Shown here one piece after another: positions 44,060 to 55,516 of a DNA stretch of 64,000 nt. Below the pieces are notes generated by a model. That model saw only the letters and a program-made list of their open reading frames with translations. It had not been told where the DNA came from and did no database searches. The DNA is from Elsinoe ampelina. Taxonomy: Eukaryota. Both the position numbers and the translations under genes were made by a program. Position 1 is the first letter of the stretch. Every line of letters starts with the position of its first letter. Where the stretch lies: positions 398,084-462,083 of the forward strand of contig ML992514.1 of the NCBI GenBank assembly GCA_010093995.1. Reading direction: 5' to 3'.

Positions 44060-47000
44060 CTAGCCTGTCGGCATCATAAGGTCATAGAGCTTGTCCATCT
44101 GCCGCAGTGCTTCTGCGTCAACCGGGTGGCCTGCACCGAGAAGTGCGGTGATTGTCTCCCTCCGCGGCAATGGGTCGCCCTTGATGCGCAAGAGGGATTC
44201 GTCATCGCTGTCGCTCTCGTCCTCCGCATTCTTGCTCTTGGACGTTGTGTCCGCTCCAGTGTCCTCGTGCCCAGCGTCATCGTCAATGCCATTAACATCT
44301 CCATTATGCGTCGTCGCACCATTCACTTCCTTTTCCTTGCCTTTTTGTTGCCCTGTACTTCTTCTCGTCTCAACACCGACCCTCTCCACCAGCTTTCGCA
44401 GCATAGCCAGACCTCTCGAAGCAGTAATCGACGGCACATCGTTACCCTCGTCGAACATGACGGAGTGATCTCGTGCCCTGACAACCTGACCATTCATATC
44501 TCTCCTCACAGGTCGTTCTTGCGGTGGCAGTAGATTCTCGTTGACCCTGGGGTTAGTAGCAAGCAGCAATGCCACTCGCAGTAAGGCGGCAGGCCAATTA
44601 CTGCTACTCTCAAGCCAAAGCTTGGCAAGATTCACGCCCGCGCCGTCATGGCCATTGGTTTGGCCTTGGTCTTGCGATGAACCCGGCACAGGGAGAAGAG
44701 AGGCAAGGATGTCGGCTGCGAGCATACCTTGACCGAGGTAGGCTTTGCGGAGACGGAGGAGATTGAGTTCTTGGTCGATGAGCAGCGGTCCTTTCGAGCG
44801 ATCTGGAAGAAAGGAGATACTGAGTGCGAAGGCGCGTGTGAAGAGGTCCTCGGACGAGTGATCGGGGCTTGACGCATGGAAGATACTGTGGAAGAAATTA
44901 CGGTTGGGTTCTTGGCGGGCTAGAAGTTTGGCCAGAGTATCGACGGCGGCAGGGCTGTACCGGTGCAGAGAGGGCGAGTAAGAAGTGAAGTGAATCGGTT
45001 TCCCTGTTGTGACCGCGTCATGAATCGATGGCGGTGGCTGAGGAGCGAAAGTGAGGAGAAAGTGCAGCACGTGTAGCGCGTCGTCACGAGTGGGGAGTTC
45101 CAGCCTGGCGCCTGCAATGTTGGAGAGGAAAGTCACTGCGATCTTGTAGAAATCCATGGTGTTGTCGTACGTCCGCAGGAAGAGATGGCGGGTACCCATA
45201 AGTCGGATGGTGTTAGCAAGTAGAGAGATTACTTCTCGACTTGAGAGCTGAACATGGTTGAATTGATCCATGGACAAGTTTGACAGAATCTGCATCAATG
45301 CCACTAGGCGGTCCGCGGCGTGCCGCAGTGTATAAGCATTTGTGCCAGGTTCAGGATACTCAATCAAATTCTCCTGTTCCAGTCGGGTAAGTCTGAGCAG
45401 ATCCTCGTAAGATATCAGATCAATGCCGTCCGTCACCTCAGAAACGTCTTCTGAAAGGATCTCAATGTGGTCCTCGAGAGTATCGAGAATTGCATCAAGC
45501 AAGTCCTCGCATCTGTCCAGAATCATGACACCTGGCACCGGTTGAGGCACTCTAGGATCCTTCCAGTAGACCGGCTTGCTCGACAGATCCGCTAATGTGT
45601 CGATCGCGTAGCGGACTTCAGAAGCAATTCCAGATTGCAGGCTCAGTGTCAAGGCACGGATGTCAGCGATGAACATTGTCTGCGCTCGAATGCTTTCTTG
45701 CGCCAACATGGCGATATTCGTCGCCGATACTTCCAAACCGGGAAGCTCGTAGCCACCGTACACGCCATCAGCTTGATGAGACTTGAGCGTGATGTACTCG
45801 GTATCGTTCTGCTTTGGCACTGTGTCCGCGACGCTGTTCTCTCGCTTGATAGATTTGCTTGCCGCCTTGGCGCTCGGTGCTGGAGATGCTTCTGTTGCAG
45901 ATTGTGGTGGCACAGAGTCTTGCTTGACGCTTGCTTGCCGCTTCTGCTGGTGAAGGTCCATTTGAGGAGTCATTGGGCTCGCCATCCCCGGCATTGACAT
46001 GCCGTTCTGCAGTTGCAGTGAACTCGGTCGCTGCATCTGGTTTTGCTGTGATTGCATCTGATTCGGGATACCCATCTGTTGACCGGCTTGCTGCTGCATG
46101 AAATTGTTTTGCTGTGCATCCTGCGGTGTTCCTTGTTGTGGTCTTGTAGGTGATTGCTGAGGACCACCCATTCCCGCCATTTGCCGGGCGTTCATTTGTG
46201 CCTGGGCGACTTGTTGGCGCTGAGCCTGCTTAGTTGCCAGCCACTGTCGCTCATATCCACTGAGATACATGTCAAAAGCTTGCTTGAGCGCAGCTCCAGC
46301 ACCGGGATCTTCTGCTCCAGCTTTTGTTGCGACCTCGCCCCAAAGATTTTGAGCATTGATCTTAGCGCTTCCACCCATATTAAGAATGCAAGCCCATATT
46401 ATGTACAGGTTGATGGCCTTGTTTCCGATCTGAGGATTCGCATTGAAGGGTTTACCCTGTGCATGCAGCTGCTGTTGTAACGTCATTAACCACTGACGCG
46501 CCTTGTCTTGCTGGCTCGGTCCCGATTGTCCATGTTGCTGTTGTTGACCCAGCTGTTGCCCATTGGCCATACCTTGTCCCGGCTGCATCCCAGCATTGAA
46601 TTGCTGACCCATTTGTCCCGGCATCTGTCCTCCCATCGGGGTACCCATGGATCCTGCCATTTGTCGCTGTCCACCAGCCATGGCAGCATTGGCCTGCAAG
46701 CTCTGCTGTTGCTGCAACATGCGCTGTTGGTACTGCCTCTGCCGGAGCTGGGCCTGCATGATTGCCGTCTGGTTCATGCTGGCAGGATTCATGTTATTCA
46801 TTCCTCCCTGCATGCCCTGCGCCATCATTGCCTGGTTTGGGAAAGGTTGCCCAAAACCTGCGCCACCAGCTAGGTTCGGAGAGAAATTCTGCTGCTGTGC
46901 TTGTGGTGACATTGACATGTTATGTTGTTGATTTGGCGCAGGCGACATTTGACCCGGAGTTGAGTGGGGCATCTGATTAAAGTTCGCAGGAGACTGTGAA

Positions 47001-47470
47001 GTCATCCTTTGCGGAGGCTGAGGTTGTCGGAATTGCTGATTTTGTATCGTTGGCGATGGCGACGCGTTTGCAGAGCCGCTTTGCTGGAGATGCTGATATG
47101 GATTCGGGAACTGCTGGCCAGGTTGACCTTGGAAAGGTGTGCCTGGCTGCAGGGGTGTTTGTGATCTCGACGTGTTGAGGGTATTATTCTGAGCCGGCCC
47201 CGGCGACATTGCCATGCCATCACTCGATCTCTTGGAAGGTATGACCTGGCCGACGTTGAATGTCTGATTCCCAAAAGCGTTCTGAGGAGGAATGCCGCCA
47301 TTGGGCATGCCCTGTCGCATGTGTGGATTGTTGAATTGACTAGGATTGATGCCTTGGCCATTGTACATCTGGGTCATCGAGGGATCGAACATGTTTTGTT
47401 GATTCGAGGCGTCGAGCATGCCCGGGAAGACGCCATTTTGCTGCTGCTGCTGCTGCTGCGGCCAGCTCAT
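44060..47470 (-). CDS. SWI1: SWI/SNF complex ARID subunit Swi1/Sol1
   Basis: Q/N/M-rich N-terminus, ARID domain (INLYIIWACILNMGGSAKI..WGEVA..LKQAFDMYLSGYE), and DIRALTLSLQSGIASEVRYAIDTL plus an ARM-like C-terminus. Confidence 0.88.
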   Translation of the reverse strand: MSWPQQQQQQQNGVFPGMLDASNQQNMFDPSMTQMYNGQGINPSQFNNPHMRQGMPNGGIPPQNAFGNQTFNVGQVIPSKRSSDGMAMSPGPAQNNTLNTSRSQTPLQPGTPFQGQPGQQFPNPYQHLQQSGSANASPSPTIQNQQFRQPQPPQRMTSQSPANFNQMPHSTPGQMSPAPNQQHNMSMSPQAQQQNFSPNLAGGAGFGQPFPNQAMMAQGMQGGMNNMNPASMNQTAIMQAQLRQRQYQQRMLQQQQSLQANAAMAGGQRQMAGSMGTPMGGQMPGQMGQQFNAGMQPGQGMANGQQLGQQQQHGQSGPSQQDKARQWLMTLQQQLHAQGKPFNANPQIGNKAINLYIIWACILNMGGSAKINAQNLWGEVATKAGAEDPGAGAALKQAFDMYLSGYERQWLATKQAQRQQVAQAQMNARQMAGMGGPQQSPTRPQQGTPQDAQQNNFMQQQAGQQMGIPNQMQSQQNQMQRPSSLQLQNGMSMPGMASPMTPQMDLHQQKRQASVKQDSVPPQSATEASPAPSAKAASKSIKRENSVADTVPKQNDTEYITLKSHQADGVYGGYELPGLEVSATNIAMLAQESIRAQTMFIADIRALTLSLQSGIASEVRYAIDTLADLSSKPVYWKDPRVPQPVPGVMILDRCEDLLDAILDTLEDHIEILSEDVSEVTDGIDLISYEDLLRLTRLEQENLIEYPEPGTNAYTLRHAADRLVALMQILSNLSMDQFNHVQLSSREVISLLANTIRLMGTRHLFLRTYDNTMDFYKIAVTFLSNIAGARLELPTRDDALHVLHFLLTFAPQPPPSIHDAVTTGKPIHFTSYSPSLHRYSPAAVDTLAKLLARQEPNRNFFHSIFHASSPDHSSEDLFTRAFALSISFLPDRSKGPLLIDQELNLLRLRKAYLGQGMLAADILASLLPVPGSSQDQGQTNGHDGAGVNLAKLWLESSSNWPAALLRVALLLATNPRVNENLLPPQERPVRRDMNGQVVRARDHSVMFDEGNDVPSITASRGLAMLRKLVERVGVETRRSTGQQKGKEKEVNGATTHNGDVNGIDDDAGHEDTGADTTSKSKNAEDESDSDDESLLRIKGDPLPRRETITALLGAGHPVDAEALRQMDKLYDLMMPTG

Positions 47471-48845
47471 GGTCGGTGGTCGGTATTAGTTGTGCGACAT
47501 CCGGGCTGGAGGCAGGAAAGTCAGCGATGATCATCAACGGATGAGAGATGAATGCGACAGCAGATGAAGCTAGCGCATTGGGATAGCAAATGAAGGTAGC
47601 TCGAGGTCATGTCAGGTGTGGATAGAGGTCGCGGCTAACGCGTCGGAAAGGCGTGTCTGAAAGCAAAAGGACGAGCAGGATTGAGGGTGGGGATTTGACG
47701 TACAGTCGTGTCGCAAAAATAACCAGAGGGTACACCCAATCTACCCAGACGTGGACTCAATGCGCCGATATGTACAGCGATAGTTTTTCGGAGGTCTCGG
47801 AGGAGGTCGCGCGGGTGAGGAGGTCGCGGCGGATGGGTGTTGGACAGTGAACACTGGGACACTGGATCGACTGCGCTGGGCGACTTGACTTCTCTCTCAT
47901 TCTCAAGAGGCGGCTGAAGCCGCTGCCTGAGTAAGCAGCGCCGCTTGTCCATTCTGGGCCAGGCGAGGACGAGGACCAAGGGACGAAGCAGCGACCAGCA
48001 ATTATTCACTGCATGAGATGAAATTACAGCATTTCTGCAGGAGGAGGTGTAGAAACAAAGTATCGTCGGGAACAAAACCATACTGACAATGACACAAGCA
48101 CGTCGTTCATGGCAGGACCCGCGGCTACAGTCTCTCTCGCCAGCAGTCGTGCCTAGTTAGCTCACCTTGTCTTCTGGTCCCCGTGCGCAGAGCATCCGAG
48201 TTTCGGGACAGGAATGACTACCCGATTTGGCTTCCTTCTGCCACTCGTCCCGGTCTGTTGGTTCGACGGCCTTTGAATCGCAGAAACTCGTTTTGGCGGA
48301 GCTCGTCTGTTGCAAGATGATGAGCGACATGGTGGGGATGACGGCCCATACTTTCTTTGTCCTGCTGGTGTGAGTCTACTATTGGTCTGTCCCTGCTGTG
48401 TGGTATCGCCAGTTGGTGTGACAGCTGGCCCATGCTGAAGTGGGGTGAAGCAAAGAACCACATCCTCTCACTCTCCATTTGACCTTGTTTTTTCAATGAA
48501 GGGTCGCTTATCTCGTCCACAGGTTCGGTCATAACGTGCGAGTGGCGCTGTGGCCCCCCGATCATCCGTTGTCACTTTGCCGTAGATAGGCCTGAAGGTG
48601 ATTTTGCTACCTTCATTTAAGCCGGCACAATCCGGACGTGGCATGCACGTGGAAACTGTCACAAGACTTGGTCAATTGATTATGTTTTCATTCATCATCT
48701 CATTGCCGGCTCAGTCTGTCCCCGTCCGGCTTGCTGTTTGGGGTATATAAGTACACGAGAACTAAAATAAACGTCACACCCCTGTCATGTTCGCTGCAAC
48801 CCGCTCTTGTAGACCGAGGGACTTCTGTGGTATCCAAAGTAGTAC

Positions 48846-51800
48846 CTAATCAAGGACAACCACTTCCTGTCCTCTACCTTTCTGGGCTACCTTGTGACCA
48901 TTCCCACGCCCTCCATGTTGCTGTGCCTGCTGTTGCTGAGCACGTTGAGCTTGTTGATTCTGGCCTGCACTTCTTTGCGCCTGCATGTTGGGCTTCGTGG
49001 TTGCTTGCCCTCCGCTGGGTAGAGTCGAGTCGTTCATGCCTCGAATCAGGTCATCCAAGCGTTGGAGGCAATCTGCAATACCCTTGGGTGTCGAGATAGC
49101 TCGAGTCTTTGCCCCATCCCAGCCTTCACCCTTGGAATTGAAGACATTCGCAAGCTGTTGTCGATGCTGGTCACCAAGGCCGGACACATTGGAAGGCTTC
49201 ACCACCCAGTACAGTTTGTTCTCTCTGGTCTTGCCCATGATGGAGAAGATTGTCGATCGCAGCGGCGGTCGGTAGGCCAACCGATAGTCAATCGCATTCC
49301 GACAGCTTAGAGTGACGCTAGCGGTTGGGTCATTCTTCTCGAATTCGGATGCGCATCTCAATAGTGGTAGAGTAGCACGGAGGACGTGTACTAGGTCCGT
49401 AAGCTTCGAGGTAGTGATTGTTACGGTGCCGATCAATGGGTCTGACGGGACGAAGAGTGTCTCGAGCTGCTTTCGAATTCTTTGGTGTGGATTCTCGATA
49501 ACATTGTCGATACCAATCTCCGATTGAATTCCAAAATCTAATGATGCTGGGCGAGCAGGATCGTTGGACGACACCACTTTGCAGGTCAGATTGGTTTCGT
49601 AACACAATGTGATGGACTCGAGCCGGAGATCCAGAACGGCGCAGTGATTCCTGGTCAAAGCCTGGACGTGTGAACACAACGTCGAGATGGCGTTTAGCTT
49701 CTCGCGCAGCTTCTCGTAGACTTTCGAGCCCAACGATGCCCTCCATCGAACTTGTACTTCGCCCTTCTTGCCTAGCTGCAAGTCTTGATCGTGCTTGAGA
49801 CCCTGGTGTAGCATGCCGATGGTCTTCATGTCGATGCCCTGTCGGAGCGTTGTGCGGAATTGGTAGATCAAACCCCGGTCATCATTGTCGTCCAAAGGTA
49901 GATACATGTTACAGGAGCCGGCGGCCTGGAAAACGGCATTGGTAGACTCTCTTCTTCCCCCCTTTGCAAGCAGCAAGTTGGGATCAAAGTACTGTGGCCA
50001 TTTGGCAGTGCTCTGAACACTGTCGGTTGGCGATGCGAGACCATCCTGAGCTTGATCTGCCCGAGTACGCAAAGATGCCAGTGATTCGGAAGAGCTAACA
50101 CTGGATGTAGTGATGGCCGCTCGCTCGATCCGAAGAAGTGCTCTGGTATCGAGCCGCTTGCCAATGTAATCTTCATCGATATCGAGGCTCGTCAGGCGCT
50201 CGATGGCTCTCGAACCATCTCGTCCTCCAATCGTGGCTAAATACCAGATCGGTCCATTGATCAGATCGCATGTCACCGTGAGAGCACGATCCGCACCCCA
50301 AGAAGATCTCTGGAAAGAGACGTAGACCACAGCTTCCCGCAGTACAAAGGAAGCTGTGCCTCGATGTGATGTGATACCACATTGCGAGAGACCAATGGCG
50401 CGAGCGCGAGATTCGATATGACTGAGCTGACTGCGGCAGAAATTGTATCGCACGACGTTGGCACTATCGGCAAGAGGATCGTGATTGAGCTTCCGTTCGA
50501 TCTCTCTCGCAGACTTTGATTGTGGTTGAACGCAGTAGAATCCACGGATCGGGTCAGTGGTGATAGCCATGGACGCGTCGTTGCTGATAAGCTGCAGTAC
50601 GCAGTCTGTCGCGTCGGTCGAGGACGTGATGAGGTCTTGGGCGAAGTTGGTATCGTCTATCGCTGGAGGTGCCAAGGCTGTGGAGAGGGCAGAGAGGCGA
50701 CCACTCGTGTGCTTGGCTATGACCTGGTCCAGAATGTTCTCCATGGATAGTACTGTGAAGTTAAACTTCAAGTCGTGGTCAGGCACTTCTTGACCCCGTC
50801 TCACCCATCGAACTGTAATTTCAGGAACAGAAGGTTGTTTGGCGCCAACTTTACTCTGTCCACTGCCGACACCGAGCTCAATCCAATTCTTCCCACCGCC
50901 TTGGTTCCTCCAATATTGTACAACCACGTTGCGGTGAATACCCTCCACCTTAATGTTGTCGATCCACTTCCCGCGAGCAAGCTCTAGGGCTTGGCAACGT
51001 AGGACATTAAGTTTGTGAGTCAGAACAAAGTTGTGCAAGAAATCATAGCAGCCTTGAAGACCAGAAGTCGCAAGCGTCTCATTAGCTCGTGCCTCCAGCT
51101 GATTCCTCAGTCGGTCATTGTTGATCGGAGTGGTCGGGGAGAAAAGTAACCGCAGATCGATAAAGTAGAAGGAGGCTTCTGGGTCGTCGTCCGCTACGGC
51201 AAGGTCCACCTCGAATTCGCCGTCGACTGTGAAGGTAGCGCGACCGTTTGCAATTGTGTATTTCTGAAAGCGTGGAGGTAGATCTTGGTGGAGATTAAGA
51301 CGTACTGACAAGGCGAAATCCATGTCTGACAAGGTATCGAGGAGTTCCTGGGCTGATAGGGGCTTCGGAGGTACGTAACCCATGTCTGGCATCCAAGGCG
51401 CCTCGCCAGTCGATAGTAGTTCGAGAGCACCTTCAATGTTCGGGTTGGGCATCTTCGCTCCCATCATGTTCTCCTTCAGTCGATATAAGGAGTCCGCAGC
51501 GGCATGAGTGCTTCCATCTTGTGTACGAAGGAACATGCTGACATCGATCAATTTGGTCATGTCTCCCATGTTCCGAGCCCAGTCGGACAGGACGAGAGCC
51601 TTGATAAATCGATCCTTGTGTGTTTGCGCGAAATTGAGCAAGCGAAGCTTTTTTTCAACGCTTTCTTGCGACTTGTCCAGCGCTGCTTGCCCGCCGGCGC
51701 CATTTGTAAATTGTGTTTGTGGATTGATTCGCATGTCTGCCAACATTTCTACGGCTTCGGAGAGATCAAAATAGGTTTGCTGCGCCATACGCTCGACAAT

Positions 51801-52106
51801 CTTGCCGAACGGTATGAGGGCATCGCCGTAATGCTCCAGCTCCGGGACTTCGCTATCTCCAGCTTGGAGTACATGTTGATGCAAGTCTCCATGATGGCTT
51901 GCCCCATTGACTACAGGAGCAGGCGAAGCAGTGTTTGTACTGCTTTCAGTCTGATTTGATACGCCATTGAGTTTCGCCCGGAATGCGTCGCTGGCTATCC
52001 TCTTTTGCTCAGGACCGTCTGATGGATGCGACAAGTGACTTCCGTCTCTTTTTTGGCCTGTTAGACCCTGAGGTTCTTTGACGTCCATCACAAGCCGCCC
52101 GGGCAT
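48846..52106 (-). CDS. MED14: Mediator complex subunit Med14 (Rgr1)
   Basis: KKLRLLNFAQTHKDRFIKALVLSDWAR, AKMPNPNIEGALELLSTG and YTIANGRATFTVDGEFEVDL..FYFIDLRLLF. Confidence 0.93.
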   Translation of the reverse strand: MPGRLVMDVKEPQGLTGQKRDGSHLSHPSDGPEQKRIASDAFRAKLNGVSNQTESSTNTASPAPVVNGASHHGDLHQHVLQAGDSEVPELEHYGDALIPFGKIVERMAQQTYFDLSEAVEMLADMRINPQTQFTNGAGGQAALDKSQESVEKKLRLLNFAQTHKDRFIKALVLSDWARNMGDMTKLIDVSMFLRTQDGSTHAAADSLYRLKENMMGAKMPNPNIEGALELLSTGEAPWMPDMGYVPPKPLSAQELLDTLSDMDFALSVRLNLHQDLPPRFQKYTIANGRATFTVDGEFEVDLAVADDDPEASFYFIDLRLLFSPTTPINNDRLRNQLEARANETLATSGLQGCYDFLHNFVLTHKLNVLRCQALELARGKWIDNIKVEGIHRNVVVQYWRNQGGGKNWIELGVGSGQSKVGAKQPSVPEITVRWVRRGQEVPDHDLKFNFTVLSMENILDQVIAKHTSGRLSALSTALAPPAIDDTNFAQDLITSSTDATDCVLQLISNDASMAITTDPIRGFYCVQPQSKSAREIERKLNHDPLADSANVVRYNFCRSQLSHIESRARAIGLSQCGITSHRGTASFVLREAVVYVSFQRSSWGADRALTVTCDLINGPIWYLATIGGRDGSRAIERLTSLDIDEDYIGKRLDTRALLRIERAAITTSSVSSSESLASLRTRADQAQDGLASPTDSVQSTAKWPQYFDPNLLLAKGGRRESTNAVFQAAGSCNMYLPLDDNDDRGLIYQFRTTLRQGIDMKTIGMLHQGLKHDQDLQLGKKGEVQVRWRASLGSKVYEKLREKLNAISTLCSHVQALTRNHCAVLDLRLESITLCYETNLTCKVVSSNDPARPASLDFGIQSEIGIDNVIENPHQRIRKQLETLFVPSDPLIGTVTITTSKLTDLVHVLRATLPLLRCASEFEKNDPTASVTLSCRNAIDYRLAYRPPLRSTIFSIMGKTRENKLYWVVKPSNVSGLGDQHRQQLANVFNSKGEGWDGAKTRAISTPKGIADCLQRLDDLIRGMNDSTLPSGGQATTKPNMQAQRSAGQNQQAQRAQQQQAQQHGGRGNGHKVAQKGRGQEVVVLD

Positions 52107-53761
52107 GCTACTCTCCCGATTCGGATTACCATGAAGGGTGTGCGATTCAGTCTGGCCGACCGCGATACGGCCAGCCGGAGGCAGGCGTGGTGGTGTTCAA
52201 TGCCCAATGATCAGAGCGCCGGCGCAAATTTCGTATTTGGTACGATCGACGTGGAGGGTGGCTATGGTTGCAGCGGCCGATGTTGCAAGCGGTATGCAAG
52301 TGATGCGACGACTCGAGGAGAAGGTGACTCGCAGGTGCTGAGTGTGAGTCGTCTTGTATTCGAGATCAACCAGACTTGGGGTGCTGTCACGGGCACCAGG
52401 ACCGGAAGCTGTATGGAAGCGCAAAGGATTATAGCGACTTGGGTTGGGCTCGTGGTCTGTGTCAGCACCAATGTGAAGTGAATGAATGTCGTGAGGGCGT
52501 CGTGAAGGCTGCGCGGTCGTCGCTTGTATAGGAATGTCTCTTGGTGAGGTTCAAGGATGTAAAGGCACGACGATCAAAGCACGGCGAGCGACCCTCGGAC
52601 GTGACCGTTTGGGACGCGGCGGGCCCTTTTGGATTTCTGGTTCTTTGTCTTGGCAGAAAATCAGGGCTCACCTCAAGCACACTTCTTAATAAAGGAAGAA
52701 AGAAGCTTCGAAGGGGTCGCATGCATTCTCACATTCCCGCCGTTCTACAAAGGGTCCCGCGTGGGACTGCATGTGGGTCACATAACTTATACCAAGCTCA
52801 CGCAGTCAGCCGAACATGAAGCAATACACTCGATCGGTCAACGTACACACTCCACGGCTACGAATGCCAGCCTGATGGTCGTTTCGATCCACAGCGCCTT
52901 GCTCACAAACGGGCTTCGGCTACGATAACCCGTCAATTCGGGTACTTCTGCCTCAGAAATGAGATTGAAGGTCATTCCAATTACCGCGCGACTTCTCCTT
53001 CCATCACTGCAACTGTGCACACATACCAGCTCATATCAGTGTCAAGCGAGGCCAGAGCAACTGTTGCTTTTCAATCTTCCTGCATGGTGGCTGTCAACCA
53101 TGTGCGCTTCGGCAGCCCTATCGAAGGCCGAAACGGCAAGTGCTCTGCGTTTTATGCCATACACGTTTCCAATAGCGCTTAGCGTCATCGGACGAAAGCC
53201 TGTACCAGAAATGCGAAGACTGCTGGAACGACCACCACATACGTACATACCAAAGTGAGCGGCATGTCTGCCTGACATTAACAGACCTTGTCATGAGGCT
53301 ACTTGGTAGAGATTTATTTGGACATGCTTGCGTCTGTACGAGTCAAGAGGGTATACTCGGTCGAGCGCTCGGCATACTAAAGATCAAACGGAAGCGGACT
53401 GTGGATCATCTGATAGGCTTCGAACCAGGTGACCGCTCGAAAATCATTCAGTGATATTTTTCTCATCCTGCACACATTTCTTTGTCGGGAATAGGTCCCC
53501 TCGCACATAAAAAAAGTGTAAGTGCAGAGTTGAGATTTGGAACAGTAGTGAGGTCACGTAGCTAAGCATTGCCTGGACCCTCGTCTGATTGGTGGAGACG
53601 ATGCTCTCATCGCGCGACCTATAACCGTTGCTTGTACCCTTAGACGCCTCCTGCACGACCTGCACTCATTGCAGCAACGACTAGTACAGCAAACCGCCCG
53701 AATTTGATGTCGATGTTGTAATACTGCCCTTCGACGGCTTTACCGCGTCGACCTGTTGGAC

Positions 53762-55516
53762 ATGAGTGACGCTGGCGACTCTGAGGCTGACCACGGGTCG
53801 GTCTCGCCACGCTATGAAGGAGAAGACTGCAGACCAACATCAACTAAAGAATTGCTGGGATTTTACAGCTACTCATGTGCTGCCGAAGTTGCAGTCATCG
53901 CCGCCGTCAGCAGTTTCATGCCCATCGCCCTCGAACAGCTTGCTCGAGGTCACGGCGTGCTTCAGTCCGACCGTACAACTCCATGCAACCAAGCACCCAC
54001 AACGCCGCCATCTCACGCTCTGGATATTCGCAGGCCGCCTCCTCCAAAAGCTGCACAATGTCTGGTGCCGTTTCTGGGCACGGAAATGAACACAGCCAGT
54101 TTCGCCATGTACACGTTTTCCATCAGCGTCCTGTTACAAGCTCTTGTAGTCATCACCATGTCTGGAGCTGCAGATCACGGAGCCTATCGGAAGACACTGT
54201 TGCTTACCTTTGCCGGCATTGGAGCCATTGCATTGATGCTTTTCCTGCCCACCACCTCATCAGTATACGTCCTGGGAGCTCTCTGGGCTATCATCGCGAA
54301 CGTCTGTCTAGGAGCTACGTTTGTGCTACTGAATGCATACCTACCTCTTCTAGTCAGGTGGCATCCTTCTGTCCAGAAGCCCTCCATCGGGCTGACCGAA
54401 AGCTTCACTTCCAACAGTGGACCGTCGGATGACAGCACCCTGGTCGCATCTCAGAACGAAGATGACGACGAAGACGTCACAGATCTGTCGACGGGACTGC
54501 TTCCCGGAACGAATCTGCGGGTCCGGCCAAAGACTCCAGCCGCTCCTTCGCCTGAACTGGTTCTCTCTACAAAGATATCGTCATACGGTATCGGCTTCGG
54601 TTACTCCGCTGCTTTGGTCGTGCTCATCCTTTCGATCCTCATTGTCAAAGCTGCCGGAGAGTCGGACTTTTCGATTCGCCTTGTACTATTCATTGTTGGC
54701 TGCTGGTGGGTGTTGTTCAGCGTTCCAGCAGCTTACTGTCTACGACCACGTCCCGGTCCTCCTCTCGACGTCGCATCCAAGGCCATTTCTCTGGATGCGG
54801 AGCCGCAAAAGCAATCTCTATGGGCATATGTGACATACTCATGGAAGAATCTGGCAAAGACTGTTATTCGTGCTAGAAGGCTGAAGGATGTTCTACTCTT
54901 CCTATCTGCGTGGTTCATGATTTCTGACGCTATTGCTACTGTATCTGGAACTGCCATCTTATTCGCAAAGACTACACTGGATATGAAACCAGCATCAATT
55001 ATCATGATCAATATCACTGCTACGATATGCGGTGTCTGTGGCGCATTCGGGTGGAGCACCATCAGTCGAACATTTGGGTGGAATCCGACAAAGACTATCC
55101 TGGCTTGCATTATTCTTTTCGAGATGATCCCGCTCTATGGTCTACTTGGGTTCATCCCTGCCATCAAAAGGCTAGGTGTGATCGGCTTACAACAGCCTTG
55201 GGAGATGTACCCTTTGGGCGCTGTCTATGGTTTTGTCATGGGCGGACTGAGCAGCTACTGTCGTTCACTATTTGGAGAGCTCATTCCCGAAGGTAGTGAG
55301 GCTGCTTTCTACGCACTGTATGCAGTCACGGACAAGGGAAGCAGTGTTTTGGGACCAGCTGTCGTCGGGGCCATCACGGATGCTACAGGAGAGATAAGGC
55401 CAGCATTCTGGTTCTTGTCCGCTCTCATTGGCGCTTCTCTCATTCCATTGAGCTTTCTAAATGTGGATAGAGGCAAGAAAGAGGCGGCGGCGCTCACACG
55501 GGAAGTTGTGGGATAG
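53762..55516 (+). CDS. ATG22: Vacuolar amino-acid effluxer Atg22 (MFS-like)
   Basis: RYEGEDCRPTSTKELLGFYSYSCAAEV, NTASFAMYTFSISVLLQAL and SSYCRSLFGELIPEGSEAAFYALYAVTDKGSS. Confidence 0.95.
   Translation: MSDAGDSEADHGSVSPRYEGEDCRPTSTKELLGFYSYSCAAEVAVIAAVSSFMPIALEQLARGHGVLQSDRTTPCNQAPTTPPSHALDIRRPPPPKAAQCLVPFLGTEMNTASFAMYTFSISVLLQALVVITMSGAADHGAYRKTLLLTFAGIGAIALMLFLPTTSSVYVLGALWAIIANVCLGATFVLLNAYLPLLVRWHPSVQKPSIGLTESFTSNSGPSDDSTLVASQNEDDDEDVTDLSTGLLPGTNLRVRPKTPAAPSPELVLSTKISSYGIGFGYSAALVVLILSILIVKAAGESDFSIRLVLFIVGCWWVLFSVPAAYCLRPRPGPPLDVASKAISLDAEPQKQSLWAYVTYSWKNLAKTVIRARRLKDVLLFLSAWFMISDAIATVSGTAILFAKTTLDMKPASIIMINITATICGVCGAFGWSTISRTFGWNPTKTILACIILFEMIPLYGLLGFIPAIKRLGVIGLQQPWEMYPLGAVYGFVMGGLSSYCRSLFGELIPEGSEAAFYALYAVTDKGSSVLGPAVVGAITDATGEIRPAFWFLSALIGASLIPLSFLNVDRGKKEAAALTREVVG

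Noticed and set aside
47440..47460. (CTG)n run
   Set aside because: Ordinary polyglutamine-coding tract at the Swi1 N-terminus.
47471..48845. ORFs 47635-48081 and 48218-48565 upstream of SWI1
   Set aside because: No protein-like features. Most likely a long 5' UTR/promoter and the MED14 terminator.
52107..53761. 1.65-kb MED14/ATG22 intergenic region with several 60-116 aa ORFs
   Set aside because: No coding-like motifs or RNA-gene signature recognised. Treated as a divergent promoter and UTRs.
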